Part shown: positions 1-8,766 of the stretch, one piece after another
Layout of the letters: every line of letters begins with the position of its first letter
Position numbering within the stretch: position 1 is the stretch's first letter
NCBI GenBank assembly: GCA_964419615.1
Contig: CAYQPU010000015.1
Coordinates: 1-36,469 of the forward strand
DNA: 36,469 nucleotides
Origin: an uncultured Methanosarcinales archaeon
Lineage (GTDB): Archaea > Nanobdellota > Nanobdellia > Woesearchaeales > JAGVZT01
Direction: 5' to 3'
Program-made: the position numbers and the translations under genes
Notes under the pieces: generated by a model
What the model was told of the DNA's origin: nothing
The model's input: the letters and a program-made list of their open reading frames with translations, nothing else
The model's database searches: none

Positions 1-67
1 AGATGGTCCAATGACTTCCAAATGTTGGGAAGGAATGCCTGGCATGACAGGGTAATGTGGGGTTTAA

Positions 68-1240
68 GAATACTATTGTAATGATGAAGATTATTCTGCA
101 ACTAAATTCACTTTTTGTGAAAACGGATGTGAAGATGGTGGTTGTATTAAAAAGGAAGATACAATAGTTTCATGTTATGATTCAGATGGAAAGGATAATT
201 TTGATCAAAGAGGTTATATTCATTTAAGTTATTCTAATGGATCATTTGAAAAAAAATATGACTCTTGTGGTTATTCAAGTGGAGGAAGTGTTTTTGGTGC
301 AAATGATTATTGGTGTGCTGAAAAATCTGATGGGAGTGCTTATTATTATAAGAGCACAAGAGAATGTGAGTATGGTTGTGAAGATGGGGTTTGTGTAGAA
401 GAACCTACATGTGACATGCGAGTTGATTTGTCAGATTATCCAGATTATTTTTATGAGGATGGTGAGTTTGATACATTTATAATCTACTCTGAATATGAAG
501 ACGTAACAAAATACTATGCTGAGGAATTAGCAGAAAAGTTTAACACAGACATGATATATTCAAGTAATGAAGATCATTATTGGATTAAAAGTCCTAAACA
601 CTACAGGATAATTAGTTTGGGTTCTCCTTGCGTAAATGCTGTGTCTGCTAGGTTAAAAGATAATCCAGAGCAATGTAATGAAGATTTACAAGAGAACATG
701 GGAAAGATCACTCTCTTAGAGAATAACGGATATCCTCAAATGATCATTGAAGGACATGATGATTATATGAGATTACATGCATTAAAGGTACTGCTTGACA
801 TGGACGATTCACTGCTTAAAGGAACAGAATGGGAAGTAACTAGCTCAGATAGTAGTAGTTTATCTGTTGAGAAACTTAATGATAAGAAAGTTACCCTGGG
901 GGATTGTGATTCTGGAGGCTCATCAGGTGGTGGAGATGGTTCATCTGGGGGAGGATCACCAGGTCCTGTCTGTTACTCAGGATGTAGAAGTAATGGAAAT
1001 TGTTTAGAATTTGGGACTAGGATGGTTAATGCAAAAACCAAAGCGCCAGTCTATTGTGAGTTAGATAAGTTATTTAAAGATCAAAAGCAGATTGGTGAAG
1101 TATGCCAAAACAATTATGAATGCTTGAGTAATTCATGTTATGGTGGTGAGTGTACTGATTTAGCTGGACAAATTGAAGAAACAAATTCACTGATTCGACA
1201 AATCTTTAATTGGCTGAAGTATTTGTTCTCCCTAAACTAA
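68..1240 (+). CDS. Cys-rich surface protein with an S-layer C-terminal-like domain; 5' end disrupted or missing
   Basis: The frame is open from nt 68 (after TAA at 65-67) to 1240, but the first ATG is at 416. It encodes Cys-rich units (EYYC...CENGCEDGGC; CYDSDG...DSC...DYWC...CEYGCEDGVC), an S-layer-like motif IISLGSPCVN, a Gly/Ser linker and a C-terminal CQNNYECLSNSC...C module ending in an amphipathic helix. Confidence 0.6.
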   Translation, partial: EYYCNDEDYSATKFTFCENGCEDGGCIKKEDTIVSCYDSDGKDNFDQRGYIHLSYSNGSFEKKYDSCGYSSGGSVFGANDYWCAEKSDGSAYYYKSTRECEYGCEDGVCVEEPTCDMRVDLSDYPDYFYEDGEFDTFIIYSEYEDVTKYYAEELAEKFNTDMIYSSNEDHYWIKSPKHYRIISLGSPCVNAVSARLKDNPEQCNEDLQENMGKITLLENNGYPQMIIEGHDDYMRLHALKVLLDMDDSLLKGTEWEVTSSDSSSLSVEKLNDKKVTLGDCDSGGSSGGGDGSSGGGSPGPVCYSGCRSNGNCLEFGTRMVNAKTKAPVYCELDKLFKDQKQIGEVCQNNYECLSNSCYGGECTDLAGQIEETNSLIRQIFNWLKYLFSLN

Positions 1241-1244
1241 TCTT

Positions 1245-1268
1245 TAGCCAATTTTTTTTTATTTTTAG
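1245..1268 (+). terminator. T-rich archaeal-type terminator candidate
   Basis: The tract ttttttttt-a-ttttt lies directly after the 1240 stop codon. Confidence 0.4.
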
Positions 1269-1316
1269 GAAATATTTTCAATTAGATTAATAAGTGAGTA
1301 GATATTTGAGTCTTGC

Positions 1317-2147
1317 ATGGCAAATCCATATCTTGAAGTTGTTCTGGCAACTATTGTTTTTGGAACTTCTGGAGTGTTTGTTAAGTATCTTAATCTACCT
1401 GCAACAACTTTGGCGTTTTTTAGATGTTTTGTGCCAGCAGTTTTGATATTTGGATATTTTCTAATTAACAAAAGAAATTTGTTTAGAGGTAATTACAAAA
1501 ATATGCTCTTTGCTTCTACATTGAATGCTATTAGAATGTTTTTTTACTTTATTGCTTATAATTTCACTTCTATTGGAAATGCTGTTATTATGCTCTATAC
1601 TTGGCCGATATTCGCATCTTTATTTGGCACGATTATTCTTAAAGAGAAGATTACTAAGAAGAATAGATTTTTATTATCATTAGCATTTATTGGAATTGTG
1701 TTAGTTTTTTTGAACAAAGAGATTTCATTTGGAAATAAGGATTTCATTGGGATGGGTGCTATGCTGCTTGCGGCAATGATTTATTCACTGTCATTTGTTA
1801 TTTTCAAAAAAGAGCTAAAAACATATACTCATTTTGAGACTGTTTTTTATCAAAATTTAGTTGGAGCTGTTGTTTTTATTCCATTTTTGTTTATTAATCA
1901 ACCATTGCCTACTTTAACTCAATCTGTTGTAGGTTCCGCTTATGCAATTTTAATTGGAATTGTTGGAATGGGGTTGACATTTTCTGCTTTGAGAAGATTA
2001 AAAGCGTCTACAGTATCATTGCTTAATTATCTTGAAGTTGTTTCAGCTATAATATTTGGGATTATTTTGTTAGGTGAGACATTAACTTGGAATATGATTG
2101 TTGGTGGGGCTTTGATTATTGGCACGACAATAATGCAAAAAAAGTAA
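1317..2147 (+). CDS. EamA/DMT family transporter
   Basis: 276 aa with about 10 hydrophobic helices in two repeats; motifs NAVIMLYTWPIFASLF and STVSLLNYLEVVSAIIFGIILLGE. Confidence 0.92.
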   Translation: MANPYLEVVLATIVFGTSGVFVKYLNLPATTLAFFRCFVPAVLIFGYFLINKRNLFRGNYKNMLFASTLNAIRMFFYFIAYNFTSIGNAVIMLYTWPIFASLFGTIILKEKITKKNRFLLSLAFIGIVLVFLNKEISFGNKDFIGMGAMLLAAMIYSLSFVIFKKELKTYTHFETVFYQNLVGAVVFIPFLFINQPLPTLTQSVVGSAYAILIGIVGMGLTFSALRRLKASTVSLLNYLEVVSAIIFGIILLGETLTWNMIVGGALIIGTTIMQKK

Positions 2148-2155
2148 AAAAAGAA

Positions 2156-3142
2156 TTAAACTTCAACTAATTCATACTCCATTTCTCCCATTCCTAGATC
2201 AGCACCATCTTTGATGTGAATTAAAGGAGGTTTGAAATGGATTTCTTCAAACAGGTCTTTGCCTGCTTTTTTGTTCATGAGATCCAAAGATGCTTTGTCA
2301 ACTGCAATTATATCTTTACTAAATGCCACCCCTACATCTTCTAATACAATTGGGCCTCCGTCTTTGTTGCAGTCACAGATTTTTGCTATGTTTTTGATTA
2401 TGTTAACATAATAGGATTTTTTGAAATTTACCCATGCTGCATGTGCTCCCTCTGATAACAGATAGTCAAACAGGTCTATTTTGGTTTTTAATGCTTTTTC
2501 AGGACAATATCTTACACAGTTAGAACATCCACAACACCAGTTTTTATCAAATTGAGGTCTTTTGTCATCATATCTTATGTGATCTAAAGGACATTTTGAA
2601 GAGCAGATACCACACAGTGTGCATCCTCCTACATACTCTGGTTCTCCACCCACATGAATTTTGCCTTTTGTTTCTTTTGATACAGCTCCCATTCCTAGGT
2701 TCTTTATTGCTCCACCAAAACCAGTGCAAATGTGACCTTTGACATGTGTTAATACAAAAACACCATCTGCATCAACTAGTGTTTTACATACTTGATGTTC
2801 CATATCTTTTCCTTTCACAGTTATGCTTTCATTTGAGACCACAACTGGGCATCCCATTGTGCTTTCAGAAAAACCATGTTCTGCTGCAGCTTTTAGATAA
2901 TCTGCTGATTTGTTTCTGGGTCCAGCATACACAACTGGACTGTCAAACAAGAATGGTTTGCATCCAATTTCTTTTAGGATATCTACATAGACTTTAACAA
3001 CTGCGGGTCTAAGATAGTATTTGTTGCCAGGTTCTCCCATGTGGAGTTTTACTGCTATTTTTTCTTCTGGTTTAAAAATTAAAGTTAGTTCTTGTTTTAG
3101 TTTTTCTCTGTTAAGATCTTTTGAAAAGTATACTTTGTTCAT
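2156..3142 (-). CDS. DUF362 domain protein with a 2x[4Fe-4S] ferredoxin insert
   Basis: AVKLHMGE, THVKGH...GFGGAIKNLGMG, CTLCGICSSKCP and CCGCSNCVRYCP, C-terminal DIIAVDKASLDL. Confidence 0.9.
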   Translation of the reverse strand: MNKVYFSKDLNREKLKQELTLIFKPEEKIAVKLHMGEPGNKYYLRPAVVKVYVDILKEIGCKPFLFDSPVVYAGPRNKSADYLKAAAEHGFSESTMGCPVVVSNESITVKGKDMEHQVCKTLVDADGVFVLTHVKGHICTGFGGAIKNLGMGAVSKETKGKIHVGGEPEYVGGCTLCGICSSKCPLDHIRYDDKRPQFDKNWCCGCSNCVRYCPEKALKTKIDLFDYLLSEGAHAAWVNFKKSYYVNIIKNIAKICDCNKDGGPIVLEDVGVAFSKDIIAVDKASLDLMNKKAGKDLFEEIHFKPPLIHIKDGADLGMGEMEYELVEV

Positions 3143-4122
3143 TTTATTTCCTCTAAACGTTTTATTAGTTGATCATCAATTTCCAACCAACCTTGTTTTA
3201 GGGATTTGTTGTAGGTATTTAAGGTTTTTTCTCCAGGAATCCTTATTTTGCTGTTTTCTTTTGTTTTCGAATTCCTTACTCTTTCAATAAGATCATGGAC
3301 ATTTTGTTTAAATTCGTCTAAATTACTTAGCAATTCAGGCGACATTACAATAAAAAGATTTCCCCACCCTTTTGATTCATCCAATTGACAAAAATCTGCT
3401 CCTGTCCAAGCACCAGATAGTATTTCAACCATCATTGCAAGGCCTGTTCCTTTGTAGGATCTGTCAAATGATAGGATTGATCCTTTCATTGCTTCACTTG
3501 GATCTGTTGTTGGATTACCTTTTGAATCTAAAGCCATTTTTTCTGGTATTTTTTTATTGCTTGTCTTTGCATTTAGTAAATCTCCAAAAGTGAGAGTTGA
3601 CATTCCCATATCTAAGAATAATGGTTCGGGATTTGCAGGTATTGCAAATGACATTGGATTTGTTCCAAATAGTGCTTCGTAGCCTCCGTAAGGAGCAATA
3701 TCAGGGGGAGCCCTGGCCATCATTATTCCAATTAAATCCTGTTCTGCAATTTGTTTTAAATAGTATATTAAAGCTCCAGAAGTTTGAAAGGATTCATTAG
3801 CACCAACAATTCCAATTCCATTTTCCTTTGCTAATTCAATTGCTTTTTTCATTGCAATACTTGCAACTAGCATTCCAGGATTGTTGTTGCCTTTTATTTG
3901 AATTGAAACATTGGTTTTCTTGATTATCTCAGGTGCTTTAGGACAGTCTCTACCTACTATTGCATATTTACCTTCAAATATTCTGTTGATTCCATGAGAT
4001 TTTTTTCCTGAGATCTCTCCAAACAAGATTACTTCTGCAATAATTCTGGAGTGTTCTTCATCAAACTTAGTGTCCAGTGCCTTTGTAATCAATTCTCTGA
4101 GCTCATTTATTTTGATTTTCAT
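3139..4122 (-). CDS. Ldh_2 family (ComC/AllD/malate-lactate-like) NAD(P)-dependent oxidoreductase; substrate unknown
   Basis: SHGINR, FGTNPMSFAIP, YKGTGLAMMVEILSG and RIPGE motifs. ATGA overlaps with both neighbouring genes. Confidence 0.9.
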   Translation of the reverse strand: MKIKINELRELITKALDTKFDEEHSRIIAEVILFGEISGKKSHGINRIFEGKYAIVGRDCPKAPEIIKKTNVSIQIKGNNNPGMLVASIAMKKAIELAKENGIGIVGANESFQTSGALIYYLKQIAEQDLIGIMMARAPPDIAPYGGYEALFGTNPMSFAIPANPEPLFLDMGMSTLTFGDLLNAKTSNKKIPEKMALDSKGNPTTDPSEAMKGSILSFDRSYKGTGLAMMVEILSGAWTGADFCQLDESKGWGNLFIVMSPELLSNLDEFKQNVHDLIERVRNSKTKENSKIRIPGEKTLNTYNKSLKQGWLEIDDQLIKRLEEIK

Positions 4123-4832
4123 TGTTTGAGTGTGTAATAGACCCTCCTGTTGTTTTTTCCTTTGTTGTCTGCTTTGACAAATTCTATTGGGCCTATCTCA
4201 CTTGTGTTATCAAGGTGGGTTCCACCACATGGTTGTGAGTCAAAGTCTTTGACTATTACAACTCTTAGTGTGTCAAATCCTTTCATTAAGTGCGGTGATG
4301 GGGCACCAAATCCATCAAGTTTCATTGCTTCTTCTCTTGTCATGAATTTCTTTTCAACTGGAAGATTTTTTGCTATGATATCATTTGTTTTGTTCACACA
4401 TTCTTTGATTTTTTCTTTGTCAAAGTTTTCTAGTGTGAAGTCAATTCTAGATCTGTCTATTCCTAACTGGTTTCCAGATGTATGTGCTCCTGTTTCATTA
4501 AATAAGACTCTTGATAGAACATGAGCTGCTGTGTGCATTCTCATCAAAGTGAATCTTCTTTCCCAATCAAGTTTACATGTTACTTTATCCCCTTGCTCTA
4601 GACCAACTGGATCTATTTCATGTGATATGTTTTCTCCAAATTTACCTACAAAAACAACTTTGTGTTCTGTTCCATCTTTTGTGATTGTACCTGTGTCAAA
4701 AAGTTGGCCACCAGTGTTTGGATAAAAAGCTGTTTGTTTTAATACAACGAACTTACCTTGAGATACAGACTCAACCTCTGTTTCCCATTCTTTTAAATAG
4801 CAGTCATTTAAGTATAGTATTTGATCTGTCAT
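4119..4832 (-). CDS. alaX: Alanyl-tRNA trans-editing protein, AlaX-M type, with intact Zn site
   Basis: Gly-rich TAFYPNTGGQLFDTG, HTAAH (HxxxH) and PCGGTH (CxxxH). ATG at 4832 is preceded by the SD-like GGGGTGA. Confidence 0.92.
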   Translation of the reverse strand: MTDQILYLNDCYLKEWETEVESVSQGKFVVLKQTAFYPNTGGQLFDTGTITKDGTEHKVVFVGKFGENISHEIDPVGLEQGDKVTCKLDWERRFTLMRMHTAAHVLSRVLFNETGAHTSGNQLGIDRSRIDFTLENFDKEKIKECVNKTNDIIAKNLPVEKKFMTREEAMKLDGFGAPSPHLMKGFDTLRVVIVKDFDSQPCGGTHLDNTSEIGPIEFVKADNKGKNNRRVYYTLKQ

Positions 4833-4889
4833 ATAATCACCCCATTTCAAGGTAGATGGGAGATTTATATATTTTTGGGAAAAAAAGAT

Positions 4890-5348
4890 TTAAATTGGAG
4901 CCAGTATCTGTGTTAATATCTCCTCTTGCTCAACCTTATGAGGATCATTCAAATATACTTCTCTTGTTGGACCTGTTACCTGAAAATTATTGTCATGGAT
5001 CCACTTGAATAATGTGTTGTAAGTTTCATGACATTGATCGTATGGTCCTTTTTGCATTATTTCAGCAAATCTTCCACCAGGTAGTTCATAGACTTTGTAC
5101 TTTGTTCTTACTTTTTCTGTTATTGGAATTGCTACTTCTAATTTTGCATTTCCTTCTTGCGCTGCAGTTTCTGCCTCTTCAGCGTTTTCATGGCAGATAA
5201 ATATTGGTGGACCTACAATTTCAATCTGATTCTGTCCTGCATGTTCACATAATTCTTTTATCATGTTTCCAATTTCTTTGTAAAAACCTTCTTTTCTCAT
5301 TCCCATAACTAACAAAGGTTCAATTTGTACTATGTTTACTTTGTTCAT
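4890..5348 (-). CDS. GyrI-like small-molecule-binding domain protein
   Basis: KGPYDQCHETYNTLFKWI...GPTREVYLNDP...EILTQILAPI. ATG at 5348 is preceded by GGTGA. Confidence 0.88.
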   Translation of the reverse strand: MNKVNIVQIEPLLVMGMRKEGFYKEIGNMIKELCEHAGQNQIEIVGPPIFICHENAEEAETAAQEGNAKLEVAIPITEKVRTKYKVYELPGGRFAEIMQKGPYDQCHETYNTLFKWIHDNNFQVTGPTREVYLNDPHKVEQEEILTQILAPI

Positions 5349-5448
5349 TTTTATCACCAAAAACAAGGAAGAATTTGTGGTTTAAATAGTTCACACAGAG
5401 ATGTCCAGTGAGCTTAATGTGGTAAAATAAGACAAGAAATTGATACAA

Positions 5449-6057
5449 TTAAACCCAGTATGCTCCAAGTACAACAAATTTATCAAACCTATTCTCCTCT
5501 GATGAATTTTCAACTTCAAAAACTTGTCCTGGAAAGGGATTTTCTTCATTAACTATCATTTGATATCCATTATCTGAGAGTAATGCAATCAAGCCTACAT
5601 ATCCAACATAGTTTGCATGAGTCATAAAAAAGATGCCTCCATCTGTCATTACTTTTTCTGTTTCTTTCAAGATGATATCCCAGACTCTTTTTTGATCTCG
5701 TGAGACTTCAGGATTAGGATGTCTAATCACAACAAGACCATATTGATCATCCACTAATTCAGTTATATTTTGTGCATCACCTGGTATAAAAGTTGCAAAA
5801 TCACCCAAAGCTCTTTTTGCTATTGAAAAGTCTTCTTCTGTTTTGTCAACACAAGTGAGACTTAATGTTAAACCAAATTGTTCACGATATACTTTTGACA
5901 AAGGAGTAAATTCACCAATGCAGTTATTTCCACAGCCTATATTAAGTACATTTGGATTTTTTTGTGGATTAAAGCGAACTTGTTCAAAATAATTTTGAAA
6001 TGTTGATTGCAAGTGCTGCTGACCTCTAGAGTATTTCATTAAAAGATCTATATCCAT
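5449..6057 (-). CDS. Class I SAM-dependent methyltransferase-like protein
   Basis: Motif I VLNIGCG, acidic end of strand 2 (TCVD) and GDAQ; substrate unknown. Confidence 0.65.
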   Translation of the reverse strand: MDIDLLMKYSRGQQHLQSTFQNYFEQVRFNPQKNPNVLNIGCGNNCIGEFTPLSKVYREQFGLTLSLTCVDKTEEDFSIAKRALGDFATFIPGDAQNITELVDDQYGLVVIRHPNPEVSRDQKRVWDIILKETEKVMTDGGIFFMTHANYVGYVGLIALLSDNGYQMIVNEENPFPGQVFEVENSSEENRFDKFVVLGAYWV

Positions 6058-6150
6058 TTTAGAATATGAAAATATTAACCATTTATAAATTTTTTGTCAT
6101 CCCCATTACTTAAAAGTAGTAAATATTCTTTTTTAATCAAATAATATTTA

Positions 6151-6414
6151 TTAACAAAACCGATTATACAACCATCCTATCAGCAACCCTGCAACAGCAC
6201 CATCAAAGAATGCATATAATCCTCCAATTAGGGCTCCTAAGCATGTTGGTGCATATCCCATATATAGACTGGATATTGCTTCTACAACAGGTACACCATA
6301 CCCAAACATAGCTAAGATTCCAAGTAAGAATACATAAGCTCCAAATGTTGCCCCAAGACTCAATGCCAGTGCCTTTAGATTGATTTGTTTGTTTTTTGAT
6401 CTCTTTTTTGCCAT
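6151..6414 (-). CDS. Small membrane protein, holin-like family
   Basis: 87 aa with a basic N-terminus, 2-3 hydrophobic segments and the ending G.L.G...AFFDG..AGLLIGWLYN. Confidence 0.6.
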   Translation of the reverse strand: MAKKRSKNKQINLKALALSLGATFGAYVFLLGILAMFGYGVPVVEAISSLYMGYAPTCLGALIGGLYAFFDGAVAGLLIGWLYNRFC

Positions 6415-6492
6415 TTTGTAATCTCTGTTCTGTTATTATATAAAGTTTATGTAATATATAATTATATATAAGAGTGGTAATTTTCATATATT

Positions 6493-6699
6493 ATGTTAAA
6501 TATAGATTATGAAAAGTGTTGTTGGAAAGATGGTAAGTGCACAAGCTGCACATGTGATGGAGCTTGTGAGGGCTGTGTTGAGGCTTGCCCTGAAGGAGCT
6601 ATCACAAGAGATGATTTGGTTAGAATTGACCAGAGCAAATGCACAGAGTGTGGTGTTTGTGTTAGTGCTTGTGAAAAAGGAGCTCTTTCTTTAGAATAA
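6493..6699 (+). CDS. Ferredoxin, 2x[4Fe-4S]-like, with a Cys-rich insertion
   Basis: CEGCVEACP and CTECGVCVSAC; 12 Cys in 68 aa. Confidence 0.85.
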   Translation: MLNIDYEKCCWKDGKCTSCTCDGACEGCVEACPEGAITRDDLVRIDQSKCTECGVCVSACEKGALSLE

Positions 6700-6768
6700 A
6701 GATATATTCCATATTTCAAGTACTATTAATTAGTAATAATTTTATATTAGTTTTAATTTCCTTTTTAG

Positions 6769-7764
6769 ATGGCAGATGATCAGGATTATTATTTGAATGC
6801 AGATGTTAAGAATCTGTGGATTAATCTTAAGGATGCAGGTGAAAATAAAGCTAATTCATATGCAATGCCTCTTATAATGGATGTTTTAGATGGTAATCCT
6901 CACCCTTATGATGTTATTATTCCTGGTGAGATTGTAAATCCAGTTTTTGCAAAAGAAACCAAGAAAAGACTAAGAGCCAGGGGACAGGATGTGCGTTCAG
7001 TGGGTGTTGAAAGTGGTGATGAGTGTTCTTATTTCCTTTACGGGCCAAGAGTTGAAGTAAAAGGCACTTGGTTGTATGATAGCTATATGTGGGATGTGTT
7101 TAGAAGGCGTCCTTTTATGATGCATTTTACAGTTGATGATTATGTAGATTTCGTGTATGTTTCCCATCATGCTGTTTTTTCACAAGGAAGAGACCTTTCA
7201 AGAACATTAAGAGAAGTAGCAGTTTTTCCACATATAATTAGCGAAGCAAGAGACAAATTTGGATGCAAACGGGTGGCTATCTTTGCTGATTTAAATTGTT
7301 CAAATTATGTTTTCAGAGGAAAGAGGAATTTGTTTGGATTAGCTAAACCAATTGATTTTCCAAAACCAGGTGTTAAAACATCTAAAGGTAGAGGCGCAAA
7401 CACCTATGACCACAATATTATTGACAGTAGGTATATTGATTTAAAGTATGGAAAGGTTGTAGAATTAAGTCGTGATACAAAAGATACAATAAAATCTGGT
7501 TTAACTATAATTGATGATGAAGATGGTTTTAAGCTGTATGATCAAGAAGAGGGTTTTACTTTTTGGAAAAAGGGAGAAGGTATTTGTGTGTGGGATGGAA
7601 AAGAGGTTAGAAAAAAAGAAATGTATATTGGAGACCATATGGGAATTGAGACTTGGTTTTATTTAACGCATCATTCACAGTTCCATCCATTTGACCAAAT
7701 TCAGGTTGCTTTGGAAAGAAAAATTTTCAGAACTTCAAAAAGAGTTAAGTACCAAACATTATGA
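6769..7764 (+). CDS. Divergent exonuclease/endonuclease/phosphatase (EEP, DNase I-like) fold protein
   Basis: Ordered motif equivalents: DVIIPGE (DVI.LQE), VYVSHH (H), VAIFADLN (GDFN), TYDHNII (IDHI) and IGDHMGIET.F (SDH). Confidence 0.6.
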   Translation: MADDQDYYLNADVKNLWINLKDAGENKANSYAMPLIMDVLDGNPHPYDVIIPGEIVNPVFAKETKKRLRARGQDVRSVGVESGDECSYFLYGPRVEVKGTWLYDSYMWDVFRRRPFMMHFTVDDYVDFVYVSHHAVFSQGRDLSRTLREVAVFPHIISEARDKFGCKRVAIFADLNCSNYVFRGKRNLFGLAKPIDFPKPGVKTSKGRGANTYDHNIIDSRYIDLKYGKVVELSRDTKDTIKSGLTIIDDEDGFKLYDQEEGFTFWKKGEGICVWDGKEVRKKEMYIGDHMGIETWFYLTHHSQFHPFDQIQVALERKIFRTSKRVKYQTL

Positions 7765-7973
7765 ACTCTCTTTAGAAAAATTTAAATACAATTTATGATT
7801 TCTATTGTGTATGAACAGTAAAGATAATAAAAAGTTTATGTTCTTATTCTAGTTGTATTGCCGACTATAAATTACAATTTTTTTGGTCTGAAAAACCTTT
7901 TTGATTGTGATGAAATGTTGGATTCTGGTTTTAATTTATAAGTCGACAAGACTCTAAACTGTGGAGGAAAAAA

Positions 7974-8696
7974 ATGTTATTGATAATAACTTTAATTAGC
8001 GTGAGCCTTGTGCTTGGGAATTTATTTTGGCAACCAAGTATGAGTAGCGCAATAATAAAAGATGTGAAGATGGATATAGCTGAAGAGACTGATCTGATTA
8101 GATCCAATTATTCTCATTGGCTCAGAAACACTGTGATCAGAGTCCCAAGACACCTAAAAAGAAATGTACCAAATGACACATTAAGAATTGGATACAATAG
8201 TCTACATAGTATGGTGATGATGTATCTTGTTCCAAGGAATGGCTCAGGGATTGAGAAGTTGATTTACACAGTTGCATATGAGACAAAGGATGAGGCTGAT
8301 CTTTTAGGGATTTGCAAGTCGATTGCTAAGAGTCCAAGAATGGTTAATCAGATTTTGACGGAGTATTTGGAAGGTGAAGATCTAACTGAAGAGATTCAAT
8401 ACAAACCACCACGTATAATTGATATGACGGTTGATAAAGAACCAGAATTGTTAGGGTATCTACTAAAGGAGCATTCCTCAAAATCTTGTGCTTGGCAGAT
8501 GCTTGTTACTGATCCAGGTCAACCATACAAGGGAGATGTTGAAAGAATTGAGTGGCTCCCAAGTGAGAAGATAGGGTGCAGAATTGTTCAGGAACCAATA
8601 TGCTATGTCAACCGAGGGACACACAAGCATCCAAAAGTTAGTTGTGCCAAGGATTGTAGAGTGTACCAAGAAGTTATCGATTTATTGGAAGGTTAA
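7974..8696 (+). CDS. Hypothetical protein with an N-terminal signal/membrane anchor
   Basis: 240-aa ORF with a GGAGG SD and a hydrophobic N-terminus; no recognised domain. Confidence 0.7.
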   Translation: MLLIITLISVSLVLGNLFWQPSMSSAIIKDVKMDIAEETDLIRSNYSHWLRNTVIRVPRHLKRNVPNDTLRIGYNSLHSMVMMYLVPRNGSGIEKLIYTVAYETKDEADLLGICKSIAKSPRMVNQILTEYLEGEDLTEEIQYKPPRIIDMTVDKEPELLGYLLKEHSSKSCAWQMLVTDPGQPYKGDVERIEWLPSEKIGCRIVQEPICYVNRGTHKHPKVSCAKDCRVYQEVIDLLEG

Positions 8697-8700
8697 CACC

Positions 8701-8713
8701 TTCTTTTTTTTTT
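8701..8713 (+). terminator. Oligo-T terminator candidate
   Basis: ttctttttttttt lies just after the 8696 stop codon. Confidence 0.45.
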
Positions 8714-8766
8714 GAAATAGATACTTATTTAATTGAGTATGCTTATTCTTATTTTCCAAAAAAAAG

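Noticed and set aside
60-66. GGGTTTA slippery heptamer near the disrupted 5' end of the first gene
   Set aside because: A -1 slip from frame 1 leads to frame 3, which stops near nt 165, not to the coding frame 2.
53-67. TAA reassignment (alternative genetic code)
   Set aside because: TAA terminates many intact conserved genes in the window (e.g. ftsZ, rpl11, rpe).
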